NCBI GenBank assembly: GCA_050950285.1
Contig: JBMNHG010000006.1
Coordinates: 62,001 to 105,166 of the forward strand
Origin: Kiritimatiellia bacterium
GTDB lineage: Bacteria; Verrucomicrobiota; Kiritimatiellia; RFP12; JBMNHG01
Direction of reading: 5' to 3'
Length of the DNA: 43,166 nucleotides
In this document: in pieces, positions 8,485-19,836 of the stretch
How positions within the stretch are numbered: position 1 is the first letter of the stretch
Layout: each line of letters starts with the position of its first letter
Notes under the pieces: generated by a model
The model's input: the letters and a program-made list of their open reading frames with translations, nothing else
Databases searched by the model: none
What the model was told of the DNA's origin: nothing
Translations under genes and position numbers: made by a program

Positions 8485-8961
8485 ATGGACCGTATCCTTC
8501 AAATCCTGCGCGAGGACGCACGGACAACCGACCAGGAAATCGCCGTCCGCCTGGGCATCACCCCCGAGGAGGTGCGTTCCCGCATCGACGCCTTCGAGAA
8601 GGCGGGCGTGATTCGCGGCTACCAGGCCCTGATTAATCCGGAGGCCGCCGACGACGACGTCCGCGCGGTGATCGAACTGCGCGTCCGCCCCGAGAGGGAA
8701 CGGGGCTTCGACCGGCTCGCCAAGCGGATCGGCCGCTTCCCCGAGGTGGTGTCGATCTTCCTCGTCTCCGGCGGCTTCGACCTGCTTCTCATCGTGCGCG
8801 GGCGCAACCTGCAGGAGGTGGCTTCGTTCGTGAGCGCGCGCCTGGCGCCCCTCGACGGCGTGCTGTCGACGTCCACGCACTTCATGTTGAAGACGTACAA
8901 GGACCAGGACGTGATGATGGAGGTGGAGGACGATGACGAACGCCTGCAAGTCAGCCCGTGA
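8485..8961 (+). CDS. Lrp/AsnC family transcriptional regulator
   Basis: ILQILREDAR HTH start, GVIRGY, RAM domain VSGGFDLL; SD AAGGAG. Confidence 0.92.
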   Translation: MDRILQILREDARTTDQEIAVRLGITPEEVRSRIDAFEKAGVIRGYQALINPEAADDDVRAVIELRVRPERERGFDRLAKRIGRFPEVVSIFLVSGGFDLLLIVRGRNLQEVASFVSARLAPLDGVLSTSTHFMLKTYKDQDVMMEVEDDDERLQVSP

Positions 8962-10120
8962 CTTCGTCGCGTCGCACATCCGCGACCTGCCCACCTCCGG
9001 CATCCGCGACTTCTTCGACATCGTCGCCACGCGCGACGACGTCATCAGCCTGGGCATCGGCGAGCCGGATTTCACCACGCCGTGGCACATCAGCGAACGC
9101 GCCATCGACTCTCTCGAGCGCGGCGCCACCCACTACACCGCCAACCGCGGCCTGGCCGAGCTTCGCAAGGCGATCTGCCGCTACAACGAGCGGACCTTCG
9201 GATTGCGCTACGACTGGCAGCACGAAACGCTCGTGACCGTGGGGGTGAGCGAGGCCCTGGACATCGCCATCCGCGCCACCCTGGCGCCGGGCGACGAAGT
9301 GCTCTACCATGAGCCCTGCTTCGTGGCCTACGCCCCGGTCATCCGCATGGCCCACGGCGTGCCCGTGGCCGTTCCCACACGCTTCGAAGACGGCTTCCGC
9401 TTGCGCGTGGAAGACCTCGAGAAGCGCGTGACCCCCCGCACCCGCGCGCTGCTCGTCAACTTCCCGAACAACCCCACCGGCGCGGTCCTCACGGACGCCG
9501 ACGCCGACATGCTCGCGGACTTCGTCGCGCGCCACGACCTTCTGCTCATCACCGACGAAGTCTACTCGGAACTCGTCTACGACGTTCCGATCGTCTCGGT
9601 CGCGACGCGTCCCGGCATGCGCGAACGCACCATTTTTTTGAACGGCTTCTCGAAGGCCTGGGCCATGACGGGCTATCGGCTCGCCTACGCCTGCGCGCCG
9701 GCCGAGATTTCGGAAGCGATGACGAAGGTGCACCAATACTGCATCATGAGTGCGCCCACGATGAGCCAAAAGGCCGGCATCGAGGCCATCGAGCACGGTA
9801 GCGGAGATGTGGCCTTCATGAAACAGTCCTACAACGAGCGGCGCAACTTGGTCTACCAATCTTTCCTCGACATGGGGCTGGACTGCGTGAAACCCGACGG
9901 CGCCTTCTACATCTTCCCGAGCATCCGTTCAACCGGCTTGTCCTCGAAGGAGTTCGCCATGCGCCTTCTCGACGAGGAGGCCGTGGCCTGCGTCCCCGGA
10001 TCGGCCTTTGGCGAGTGCGGCGAGGGGTTCCTTCGTTGCTCCTACGCCACCCGCATCGACAAGATCCGCGAAGCCATGACGCGCATGGCCCGCTTCGTCG
10101 GCAAGATCCGGAAGGCGTAG
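8933..10120 (+). CDS. Class I/II PLP-dependent aminotransferase (AlaT/YugH-like, paired with the Lrp regulator)
   Basis: SGIRDFFD, ISLGIGEPDF, NFPNNPTG, DEVY, PLP-lysine motif NGFSKAWAMTGYRL, GAFYIF. Confidence 0.93.
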   Translation: MTNACKSARDFVASHIRDLPTSGIRDFFDIVATRDDVISLGIGEPDFTTPWHISERAIDSLERGATHYTANRGLAELRKAICRYNERTFGLRYDWQHETLVTVGVSEALDIAIRATLAPGDEVLYHEPCFVAYAPVIRMAHGVPVAVPTRFEDGFRLRVEDLEKRVTPRTRALLVNFPNNPTGAVLTDADADMLADFVARHDLLLITDEVYSELVYDVPIVSVATRPGMRERTIFLNGFSKAWAMTGYRLAYACAPAEISEAMTKVHQYCIMSAPTMSQKAGIEAIEHGSGDVAFMKQSYNERRNLVYQSFLDMGLDCVKPDGAFYIFPSIRSTGLSSKEFAMRLLDEEAVACVPGSAFGECGEGFLRCSYATRIDKIREAMTRMARFVGKIRKA

Positions 10121-10215
10121 TCCCCTGCCCCACCCCCCAAGGCGTACGTCCGGATGGTTCTTCCGCGGCTTCCGGAGCGGTCGCGTCGCTTGGGCAACGT
10201 CGTCCACGTGTTGAT

Positions 10216-10608
10216 ATGTCCCGGCAAGTCAATCCAGAGCCAAGCTGCCGCCAGCTGGAGGAATCCGCGCTCGCCGTGGTGAAACGTCTTCTCGCGGCGT
10301 TGCCCTCCGGCCTCCGCGAACGCGCCGGGGCGGTCGCGGTCGATCTCCTCCCGGAGGTCCCCGACGACCTCCTCGACGAAGGCATCGCGGAAGACACGCT
10401 GGGGCTCTTCAGCGGTCCCTCCGTGAACGAGCCCGAGGACGAATACGCCTGGGAGCTTCGCATCACGCTGTTCCTCTGGAACCTCTGGGACTATGCGGAA
10501 GGCGACTGGCAGACCTATCGCGACGAAGTCCGAACCACCTACCTCCACGAGCTCGGCCACTATCTCGGGCTGGACGAAACCGGCCTCGAAGCGTTGGATT
10601 TGGGGTGA
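10216..10608 (+). CDS. Zincin-like metallopeptidase family protein (Zincin_1/DUF1025)
   Basis: LLAALP, TLGLFSG, RITLF, EVRTTYLHELGHYLGLDE (HExxH). Confidence 0.85.
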   Translation: MSRQVNPEPSCRQLEESALAVVKRLLAALPSGLRERAGAVAVDLLPEVPDDLLDEGIAEDTLGLFSGPSVNEPEDEYAWELRITLFLWNLWDYAEGDWQTYRDEVRTTYLHELGHYLGLDETGLEALDLG

Positions 10609-10621
10609 GGCGCGGCCGGCC

Positions 10622-11443
10622 ATGCTGTTCGACGCCCATCTCCATCTGCAGGATTCCCGGTTCCCGGTGAAACACGGGGGCGCTTCCCCGGATTTCCGCC
10701 TGTTGCGGCTTGCCGCGGATGCAGGGGTGGCGGGCTGCTGCTGTTGCGCGACATCGCCCGGCGACTGGGACGCTACGCTCGCATGGAAGGGCGAATGGGA
10801 GATTCGGCCGGAGTCCTTCTTCCGCGTGGAAGTCGCCCTCGGCGTCCATCCGTGGTGGAGTGCCGAAGCGCCCACGGGCTGGGCCGGGCGGCTCGAGGCC
10901 GCGCTCGCCGCCCATCCGGAGGCCATCGTGGGCGAAGCGGGGCTGGACGGTCTGCGCGATGTTCCGATGGCCCTCCAGCGCGAGGCGCTCGACGAGCAAC
11001 TGGCCCTGGCGGCGCGCCTCGGACGCGGCATCGTTCTCCACGGCGCGCGGGCCTGGGGCGCGCTGGCGGACGCCGTACGGCCCTATGCGGCCCGCCTCCC
11101 CTTCCTGGTCTGCCATGCCTTCGGCGGATCGTGCGAGACCATGCGCGAGTGGCTCGGGATGGGGGCCTTCCTCTCCTTCGGCGGCGCCGTGTGCAATCCC
11201 CGGGCCCGGACCGCGCGTGCGGCCTGTGCGGCATGCCCCGCCGACCGCCTGTTGTTCGAGACCGACTCCCCCGACCTCTTCCCGGTCGGGGGAACGCCCT
11301 GCCCCTTCGCGGACAACGGCGGCAAGCCGCTCAACCACCCGGGGAACCTCCCGCTCGTCGCCCGGTCGGCGGCGGAACTGAGGGGCGTCCCCGTGGACGA
11401 GCTGACCGCCATTGTGCTTGGAAATTCCCGGAAGATTTTCTGA
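10622..11443 (+). CDS. tatD: TatD family metal-dependent hydrolase/DNase
   Basis: FDAHLHL, LGVHPW, VGEAGLD, VLH, CHAF, LLFETDSP. Confidence 0.9.
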   Translation: MLFDAHLHLQDSRFPVKHGGASPDFRLLRLAADAGVAGCCCCATSPGDWDATLAWKGEWEIRPESFFRVEVALGVHPWWSAEAPTGWAGRLEAALAAHPEAIVGEAGLDGLRDVPMALQREALDEQLALAARLGRGIVLHGARAWGALADAVRPYAARLPFLVCHAFGGSCETMREWLGMGAFLSFGGAVCNPRARTARAACAACPADRLLFETDSPDLFPVGGTPCPFADNGGKPLNHPGNLPLVARSAAELRGVPVDELTAIVLGNSRKIF

Positions 11444-11533
11444 AATATTTTTTGCCGGACCGCCTTCAAACGGTGCAATAAGGCATGTTTCCTGCTACCC
11501 AGCCTATCCGTTACCCCCCAACGGAAATTCTTT

Positions 11534-12562
<1,029 letters not shown>

Positions 12563-12601
12563 CCCCGCGTTCGCAGCGATCGCCCTACCCCGGTTCCCAG
12601 G

Positions 12602-13531
12602 ATGTCCGCTCCCGACTACATGCGTCTCCTCCCGCGCGAGACGCTCGCCACGATCGGACGGCTCGAGCTTCTTGCGCGAGAGCCGATGGATGGATTTGTC
12701 GCCGGCCGCCACAGGAGCCCGCGCAAGGGGTTCTCCGTGGAGTTCTCGGAACACCGGCAATACACGCCCGGCGACGACCTTCGCAACTTCGACTGGCGCG
12801 TGCTGGCCCGCACCAACCGCCGCTTCATCAAGCAATTCGTCGAAGAGACGAACTTGCGCGCCACCCTCCTGCTGGACGTTTCCGGCTCGATGGCCTACGC
12901 AGGCGGCTCCGCCGCCCCGCTCGATGGCCGTCCGATGAGCAAATTCGAGTACGCCCGCCGCCTCGCCGCCGCCCTCGCCTACCTGCTCGTCAACCAGCAG
13001 GACGCGGTCGGCATGGCGCTTTTCGATTGCGAAATCCGCTCGTTCTTCCCCGCTCGCGCCAGGGCCAGCCAGATGCGCTTCCTGCTGGAGGAGCTCTATC
13101 GAGCGCAACCCGGCGGAGAGACCTCCATCGCCCCCCAGCTGCATCAAATCGCCGAGCGCATCCCGCATCGCGGCCTCGTCATCGTCATCAGCGACCTCCT
13201 CGACGACCCCGACGCCCTGCTGAACGCCCTCCACCACTTCCGCCACCACCGGCACGAGCTTCTCCTCTTCCACGTGATGGCCGAGGAGGAAATCCGCTTC
13301 CCCTTCGAAGACTACACGGCCTTCGAGGATCTCGAGGCCCCCGGTGAACTCGTGAACGTCGACCCCCGCGCCCTCCGGGCCAACTACCTCGATGCCGTCA
13401 AAACCTTTCTTCACACCATCGAAATAGGGTGCGGCCAGATTCGCGCCGAATACGTGCCCCTCAACACCCGCATCCCTTACGACCGGGCCCTGGCGGACTA
13501 TCTCGCCCGGCGCCGGGGCTCGGCCCGGTGA
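12602..13531 (+). CDS. DUF58 domain protein (VWA-like MoxR partner)
   Basis: GRHRSPRKGFSVEFSEHRQYTPGDDLRNFDWR, LLLDVSGSM, VIVISDL. Confidence 0.93.
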   Translation: MSAPDYMRLLPRETLATIGRLELLAREPMDGFVAGRHRSPRKGFSVEFSEHRQYTPGDDLRNFDWRVLARTNRRFIKQFVEETNLRATLLLDVSGSMAYAGGSAAPLDGRPMSKFEYARRLAAALAYLLVNQQDAVGMALFDCEIRSFFPARARASQMRFLLEELYRAQPGGETSIAPQLHQIAERIPHRGLVIVISDLLDDPDALLNALHHFRHHRHELLLFHVMAEEEIRFPFEDYTAFEDLEAPGELVNVDPRALRANYLDAVKTFLHTIEIGCGQIRAEYVPLNTRIPYDRALADYLARRRGSAR

Positions 13532-13566
13532 TGCCCTCTTTCCGGATTCTCCAAGGACACTGAACG

Positions 13567-16536
13567 ATGCTCTTCCTTCATGGCATCCAATTGGCGGGCC
13601 TCGCCGCGATCGCGATTCCGATCGCGATCCACCTCTTCCAGCGCAGGCGCTCCCGCCGCGTGCCCTGGGGCGCCATGATCTTCCTGCGCGATTCGCTGTC
13701 GAACCGCCACCGCAACGTCCTCCTCGAGGACATGCTCCTGCTCGTCGTGCGCTGCCTCGCCGTCGCCCTTGCCGCCCTGGCCTTCGCCCGTCCCTTCCTC
13801 CCGTCGGGCGCCGGCGCGGCCTGGGCGCTCGCCCTCCCGGCCGGACTTCTGGCTACGGTCCTCCTGGCCGCCACCGTCGCCCTCCCGCCGCGTTCCAAAG
13901 GGCGCCGCCGCCTCTTCTCCGCCGCCCTCCTCCTCGCCGCCGCCGCCGGTCTCGCCCTCCTGGCGGAGCACCGCATGAGCCGGCGCCGCTTTGGCGGCTC
14001 CGCCCAGCGCGACATCGCCCTCGTCATCGACGGGTCCTCCTCGATGCACATGGAACGCGACGGCAAGACCCTCTTCCAGCAGGCGATCGACGACGCCCAT
14101 CAAATCGTCCGGGCCGCCCCGCGCGGCACCGCCTTCTCCCTGATCGTTGGCGGCGCCATCCCCTCCCCCGACCTTCCCATCCCCACCTCCGACCGCCAGC
14201 AGGTGCTTCGCGCCCTCAACGACGCCCGCCCCTCCTTCGGCACCCTCCGCGTGCCCGACGCCCTCGCCCTGGCCGCGACCACCCTCGCGCAGGGCTACCA
14301 CGGCGCAAAGCAGATCGTCGTGATCGGCGACGCCCAGCGCATCGGCTGGGAGACCGCCGACCCCGAATCGTGGGCCGCCCTCCGCACCGCCTTCGAGCGC
14401 CTCCCCGCAAAGCCCTCCATCGTCTGGCGGCGCCTCCCCCTCCCCGCCACAATCCGCAACGCCGCCGTCGCCTCGATCACCCCCTCCCGCACCATCGTCG
14501 GCACCGACCGCCCCGTGCGCATCGACATCGCCATCGCCAACACGGGCACGGAATCCATCACCCCGCAATCCCTCGCCCTCATCGTCGATGGCAAGCCCAC
14601 CGTCCATCGCGCCATCGGACAAATCGAGCCCGGCACCACGCGGACGCTCTCGTTCCCCGTCACGCCGGAACGGCATGGCGCCCAGCTCGTGGAAGCCGTC
14701 CTCGACGCCCGCGACGATCTGCCCGACGACGACCGCGCCGTCCGCGTCCTCCACGTGCTCGACCGCCTTCGCGTGCTGGTCGTGGATGGCGGGACCGACG
14801 TCTCCTCCCTCGAGCGTCCCGGCACCTACACGGCCCTCGCGCTTCGTCCCGACGCCGGGACCCTCGCCCGTCCGGACGATCCCCCGGCCCCCGCGCAGCC
14901 TCCCGACGACGCCGCGCAAGACGAAGAAGCCCCGGGACTTCTCGTCGACCCCGTTCTCCTCCCCGCAAACGCCCTTGCCACGCACGGCTTCTTCGACGAC
15001 TACGCCGCCATCGTGCTCGCCGACGTGCCGCGCCTCCCCGACGCCGTCGCGTCGAACCTCGCCACCTACGTCGAACAGGGCGGCGGGCTGCTCCTGTTCC
15101 ACGGCGCCCGCGCGGACAAGGAGTTCTTCAACGCCTGGTCCGGCCCGGCCGGCCGCGTCGCGCCGCTCCCCCTCGCCGAGTTCCAGTCGCCCCTCGTCCA
15201 GGCCGCCACCAACGCCCTCGCCCGGGCCGCCAGCCAGGCCGATGCGCCCGCCGCGGTCGCGGCCGCCGTGCGCGCCGCCAAGACAACCCTCCCGACGCTC
15301 GATTTCGCCCGCGGCTCCCACGCCGCGCTGCAGAGGCTCCCCGAAGGTTCCGACCTCGACGGCGCGCCCCTCGAGCGCTGGTGGACGTCCGGCGAGCCGG
15401 GCGCCCTTGCCCGCGTCGGCGCGCGGCTCTCCGACGGCACGCCGTTCCTGGCCGAGAAACGCCTTGGCCACGGCATGGTCCTCCAAATCCCCTTCTCGCC
15501 CGAACCCTCCGCCGGAGCCCTCGTCACCCGCCGCTCGTTCGTGCCGTTCATGCACGAGCTCGTCCACTACGCCGCGCGCCCGGCGACCGTCGACCTCAAC
15601 ATCCCCCCCGCGTGCACCGCCACCCTCCGTCTTGGCAGCGCCTCCGCCACGCCCACCCTCCTCCGCGGCCTCTTCGGCTCGTTCTACCCCACCCACGAGC
15701 GAAAGGAACCCGTCGCGCGGCGCATCGATCCGCAGGTGGATTTCAACTGGGGCGGCGGCAGCCCCGCGCCCGGCGTCCCGCCCGACAACTTCGCATGCCA
15801 CTGGACCGGCTCCCTCCGCGTCCCGGCGTCGGGCGCCTTCGTGCTCCAGGCGGACGCCGATGATTTCGTCGAACTCCGGCTCGACGGGAAAACCCTGATC
15901 CACGGCCGCGGACAAGCCCAGGTGAACCTGAAGGCCGACCAGCCCTACGCCATCGACGTCGTGCACAACGAACACGGCGGCGGCGCCTCCGTCTGCCTGC
16001 GATGGGCCGCTCCCGCCCTCGGGATCCCGAATTCCGTCATCCCCTCCTCCGCCTTCTCCCCGCTCGCGCCCGACGGGTCTCCGCTGGAATTCCCCGCAAG
16101 CGTCCAATGCCCCGACGGCGAAACGCTCCATGGGACCTGCCGCTTCGATGGCACGGGACTCGCCCTGCAGGTGCCCGGCGCCTCCCGGCCCGGCGTCTAC
16201 ACCGTCCAGACCTCCGCCGGGATCGGCGACTCCCTCACCGGCCCCGACCGCCCGGAGTTCCCCTTCGCCATCCTCCACGACGCCCGCGAAAGCCGCCTCG
16301 AACCCCTTGCCCCCGCGGAGTTGGATTTCGTGCGACGACACGTCGATCTCCGCGTGGCGGAATCGCTCGACGACGTCTTCACCGCGCTCCGCGGCGGAAC
16401 CTTTGGCCGTGAACTGTGGCGCCCCCTTGCCGCCTTCCTCTTTGCCCTGCTGCTCGCCGAGCCGTTCCTCGCCCGATGGATCGCCACGCAACGCCGCACC
16501 GGCGAACGCATCGACATCGAATTCGGCGAAACCTAG
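13567..16536 (+). CDS. BatA-domain membrane protein with VWA, Ig-like/CARDB and PA14 domains
   Basis: BatA N-terminus (LAAIAIPIAIHLF...VPWGAMIFL), MIDAS DGSSSM, Ig-like segment ending DDLPDDD, PA14 (RIDPQVDFNWGGGSP...DNFACHWTG...ADDFVEL), C-terminal TM (RELWRPL...LLLAE). Confidence 0.85.
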   Translation: MLFLHGIQLAGLAAIAIPIAIHLFQRRRSRRVPWGAMIFLRDSLSNRHRNVLLEDMLLLVVRCLAVALAALAFARPFLPSGAGAAWALALPAGLLATVLLAATVALPPRSKGRRRLFSAALLLAAAAGLALLAEHRMSRRRFGGSAQRDIALVIDGSSSMHMERDGKTLFQQAIDDAHQIVRAAPRGTAFSLIVGGAIPSPDLPIPTSDRQQVLRALNDARPSFGTLRVPDALALAATTLAQGYHGAKQIVVIGDAQRIGWETADPESWAALRTAFERLPAKPSIVWRRLPLPATIRNAAVASITPSRTIVGTDRPVRIDIAIANTGTESITPQSLALIVDGKPTVHRAIGQIEPGTTRTLSFPVTPERHGAQLVEAVLDARDDLPDDDRAVRVLHVLDRLRVLVVDGGTDVSSLERPGTYTALALRPDAGTLARPDDPPAPAQPPDDAAQDEEAPGLLVDPVLLPANALATHGFFDDYAAIVLADVPRLPDAVASNLATYVEQGGGLLLFHGARADKEFFNAWSGPAGRVAPLPLAEFQSPLVQAATNALARAASQADAPAAVAAAVRAAKTTLPTLDFARGSHAALQRLPEGSDLDGAPLERWWTSGEPGALARVGARLSDGTPFLAEKRLGHGMVLQIPFSPEPSAGALVTRRSFVPFMHELVHYAARPATVDLNIPPACTATLRLGSASATPTLLRGLFGSFYPTHERKEPVARRIDPQVDFNWGGGSPAPGVPPDNFACHWTGSLRVPASGAFVLQADADDFVELRLDGKTLIHGRGQAQVNLKADQPYAIDVVHNEHGGGASVCLRWAAPALGIPNSVIPSSAFSPLAPDGSPLEFPASVQCPDGETLHGTCRFDGTGLALQVPGASRPGVYTVQTSAGIGDSLTGPDRPEFPFAILHDARESRLEPLAPAELDFVRRHVDLRVAESLDDVFTALRGGTFGRELWRPLAAFLFALLLAEPFLARWIATQRRTGERIDIEFGET

Positions 16537-16560
16537 ATTCACACCCCATGGACGCCTCCC

Positions 16561-19500
16561 GTGGACACCGAAACCCCCTTTGAACGCACCGACCTGCTTC
16601 CCGCGTCGATCCCGGCCGCGGTTCTCGTCCTGCTCGCCCTCGGCGGCGCCGCGCTCTGGATCGCGGCGCGCCGCTTTTCCCGGCGGCATGCCGCGGCCAT
16701 CCCCGCCTGGGCCGGCTTCCTGGGCCGCGCCATCGCCGGCGCCATTGCCTTCTGGACGATTTCCCAGGCCGCCGCACGCGGCATCGACTTCGCCGCGCGC
16801 GGGCCCCTCTGGCTCTACGCGGCGCTCGCCTCTCTCGCCGTCGAATCCATCGATGCCGCCTATGCCCGCGAAGCCAAGGCGGTTTCCCCTCGGCTGGGCC
16901 GCATCCTCCCCCTGCTCCGCTGCGCCTCCGCCTTGCTTGTGCTGCTCATGCTGCTGCAGCCGCACATCACGCGCACCGTGACCCGTCCGGTCACCCGGCA
17001 CGTCGCCGTGCTCCTCGACGATTCCGACTCCATGCACTTCGAGGACACGCTCTGGACGCCCGGCGAGAAGATTGGGCTGGGCGTCCGGGCCGGGATTTGC
17101 GACGCCGCGGAACGCCCCCTCCCCTCGCTCGCCCGCCTGCCGGAATGGCGGGCCGGACTCCAGCGCCAACTCCGCGGCTGCATCCCCACGAACCAGCTCC
17201 CCAGGGAGGTGGCGCGCACCCTGCGCAGCGGCGCATCGCTCTTCCGCGACTTGAACACGCAGGTCGATTCGTTCCTGGCCGCCCCGCGCGAAGGCGTCGC
17301 CCCCGACACCCTCGAACCCCTGCTCGCCTTCCAGCGCACCGTGCGCGACGCCGTCCGGCCCGCCTGCGACGAACTCCTGCGCACCTCGCGCGCCAGGACC
17401 CTCGAACCCCGCCATCTCGAACAACTGGACAACGCCCTCGCATCGCTCGACACGCTCGTCGAAGCCGCGCGGACCACCTCCGACACCCTCTACTGGGACG
17501 ACCTGCCCCAGGAGCGGCGCGACGCCCTGGACTCGCTCGCCCATACCAACCGCGCCGCCATCGCCCAGTCCATCCTGAGCGAGGCGCCCGCGCACAAGGG
17601 CCTGCTCAAGGCAGACTCCCTGCTGGACAAACTTTCGTCCCGCTACGATGTCACCCTCTACCGCATGGGCGCCTTCCTCGGGAAAATGGACGCCCCTGTC
17701 CCCGCCGAAGCGGAGACGAACGCCGTCGAATCCGCCGGAGCGGACGCGGCGGACTCCCCTCCCCTCCCTGCCGGATCCGTCGTCGTCGACGCCCTCCGCG
17801 CAGGAACGGATTTCACCGCCTGCCTCGAACACGTCCAGCGCGAAATCCCCTCCGACCAGCTTGCCGGCGTGCTGATGGTCACGGACGGCCGCCACAACGG
17901 GACGGCGTCCCCCGAGCCCGTCGCACGCCTTCTCCGCCTGCAGGAGTCGCCCATATCGACGGTGCTCGTCGGCGGGTCGCAAATCCCCTGCGACCTCTCC
18001 CTCTCCGAAGTCTACGTGCCGGAATCGGTCTACCTGGGCGACCACGTCCGCGCACGCGCCAAAATCCGCGCCACCCGCGCGAACGGACGCCGAATCGCCG
18101 TGCGGCTCAAACTCGGCGAGGAGACGGTCGACGAATCCGAGCTGCACGTGAACGACGACGATTGGCGCCGCGAGGTCCGCCTCTCGCACACCCCCACGAA
18201 CCTCCGCCACTCCGCGGAATCCACCGCGGAGGCGGGCGGCCCCGCCGGTGCGGAAGCCGCCTCCGGCGCCTTCGGCACGGGCGAAGAGGCCGTCTCCTAC
18301 CGCCTCGAAGTCTCCTTCCTCACCAACGACGCCGCCCAGGCGCAGTCCCCCGCGCCGGAACCCGAGGACGAGTTCTTCGAGGACAACAACGTCTGGCCCT
18401 TCGACGTTGCCGTGAGCGACGACCGCACCGCCGTGTTGCTGGTGGACGACCGCCCGCGGTGGGAGTTCCGCTACCTCCGCAATTTGTTCTACGGCCGCGA
18501 CAAGTCGATCCACCTCCAGTACTGGCTGGCGACACCCGACCAACTTGCCGGCGCGGAAATCGAGGAGCCCCTGCCTCCCGCCTCCGCCTCCCGTCCCTTC
18601 GGCGAGGCCGAAGCCGGCTCGCTCCCCGAATCGCCGGACGAATGGCGCAAGTTCGACGTCATCATCGTGGGAGACCTTCCGCCGTCCGTCATCACGCCGG
18701 AGGTGGTGGAAATCCTCCGCGAATGCGTCGTCGATCGCGGCGCGCTGCTGGTGGTCGTCGCCGGGCCGCGCGCCATGCCGCACGCCTACGGCGCCGACGG
18801 TGGTCTCGCCGCGCTCCTGCCCATCGCCTGGGAGCCCTCCGGCGAGGGCGCCTGGACGCCCCCCGAAGAGGCCTACCGCGTGGCGCTCACCCCGACGGGC
18901 CATCTCCATCCCGTGCTCCAGCAATCCGCCAGCGTCATCGAATCCGAGGCGATTTGGGACGGACTCCCCGACATGCGGTGGCGTTTCCAGGGGAGCGACG
19001 TCCAACCGGGCGCCGAGCTTCTCGCCTACGCCGAGCCGGTCGACGCGGAAAACGTCTTTGCCGACATCACCGTGGAGAATGCCGCCCAACGCCTCGACGA
19101 AGAGGCCCGCAGGCGGCGGCGCGACGCGCTCGTGGTCGCGCGGAACATGGGACGAGGCAAGGTGCTCATGCTCAATTTCGACCAAACCTGGCGGATGCGC
19201 TACCTTGCCGGCGACCGCCTGCACCACCGCTTCTGGGGCCAGGTCGTGCGCTGGGGAACGGGCGAAAAACTCCGCGCCGGACGCGACGGGCTCCGCGTGG
19301 GAACCGACCGCCTCGCCTACGCGCCCGGCGACGTCGTCCAGGTCTTCGGACGCGTCACGGACGAACGCTTCCAGCCGGTGAACAACGCCCGTCCCCTGGC
19401 GACTCTCCTCGCGCCGGATGGCGAACGCCTCCACGAAGTGGCGCTCACGCTGCGCGAAGACGCGCAAGGCTTCTACGAAGGCGTCTTCCCTGCGCTGGCC

Positions 19501-19836
19501 ACGAGCGGCGTGTACCGGGTGGAACTCCGTCGCGAGGACGAGCCAAAGGCCGCCCCCGTCCGCACGCTTCTCCTGTCCGCCGTCGCGCGGCGCCCCGCCG
19601 AGCGGGCCGAGCCTTCCGCCTCGCGGGACGTTCCCGAGCTTCTCGCCCGTCTCACCGGCGGCCGCGTGGTGCCTCCGGAAGAGGCCCTTTCCCTCTGGGA
19701 TTCCTTTGGCGAAGGCCGCCGGGACATCGAGGAAAAGGTCACGGAGCCGCTGTGGAACCATCCCCTCTGGTTTATCCTGCTGATTGCCCTTCTCGGCACG
19801 GAATGGCTGTTGCGAAAACGCGGAGGTCTTGCATGA
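16561..19836 (+). CDS. Membrane-anchored VWA + glutamine-amidotransferase-like-fold protein (MoxR-associated)
   Basis: Several N-terminal TMs, MIDAS LLDDSDSM...TDGRHN, PRWEFRYLRNL, FDVIIVGDL, GRGKV...TWRMRY...HRFWGQVVRW, C-terminal PLWN...EWLLRKRGGLA anchor. Confidence 0.8.
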   Translation: MDTETPFERTDLLPASIPAAVLVLLALGGAALWIAARRFSRRHAAAIPAWAGFLGRAIAGAIAFWTISQAAARGIDFAARGPLWLYAALASLAVESIDAAYAREAKAVSPRLGRILPLLRCASALLVLLMLLQPHITRTVTRPVTRHVAVLLDDSDSMHFEDTLWTPGEKIGLGVRAGICDAAERPLPSLARLPEWRAGLQRQLRGCIPTNQLPREVARTLRSGASLFRDLNTQVDSFLAAPREGVAPDTLEPLLAFQRTVRDAVRPACDELLRTSRARTLEPRHLEQLDNALASLDTLVEAARTTSDTLYWDDLPQERRDALDSLAHTNRAAIAQSILSEAPAHKGLLKADSLLDKLSSRYDVTLYRMGAFLGKMDAPVPAEAETNAVESAGADAADSPPLPAGSVVVDALRAGTDFTACLEHVQREIPSDQLAGVLMVTDGRHNGTASPEPVARLLRLQESPISTVLVGGSQIPCDLSLSEVYVPESVYLGDHVRARAKIRATRANGRRIAVRLKLGEETVDESELHVNDDDWRREVRLSHTPTNLRHSAESTAEAGGPAGAEAASGAFGTGEEAVSYRLEVSFLTNDAAQAQSPAPEPEDEFFEDNNVWPFDVAVSDDRTAVLLVDDRPRWEFRYLRNLFYGRDKSIHLQYWLATPDQLAGAEIEEPLPPASASRPFGEAEAGSLPESPDEWRKFDVIIVGDLPPSVITPEVVEILRECVVDRGALLVVVAGPRAMPHAYGADGGLAALLPIAWEPSGEGAWTPPEEAYRVALTPTGHLHPVLQQSASVIESEAIWDGLPDMRWRFQGSDVQPGAELLAYAEPVDAENVFADITVENAAQRLDEEARRRRRDALVVARNMGRGKVLMLNFDQTWRMRYLAGDRLHHRFWGQVVRWGTGEKLRAGRDGLRVGTDRLAYAPGDVVQVFGRVTDERFQPVNNARPLATLLAPDGERLHEVALTLREDAQGFYEGVFPALATSGVYRVELRREDEPKAAPVRTLLLSAVARRPAERAEPSASRDVPELLARLTGGRVVPPEEALSLWDSFGEGRRDIEEKVTEPLWNHPLWFILLIALLGTEWLLRKRGGLA

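Noticed and set aside
13498..19761. 2087-aa minus-strand ORF and other long antisense ORFs (e.g. 19473-23000, 4689-7238, 38791-41928)
   Set aside because: Shadow frames of real genes in high-GC DNA; no recognisable motifs.
17097..19832. 912-aa N-terminal extension making the giant protein 2818 aa
   Set aside because: Arg/Pro-rich off-frame overlap with the VWA gene; the real start is the ATGA-coupled ATG at 19833.
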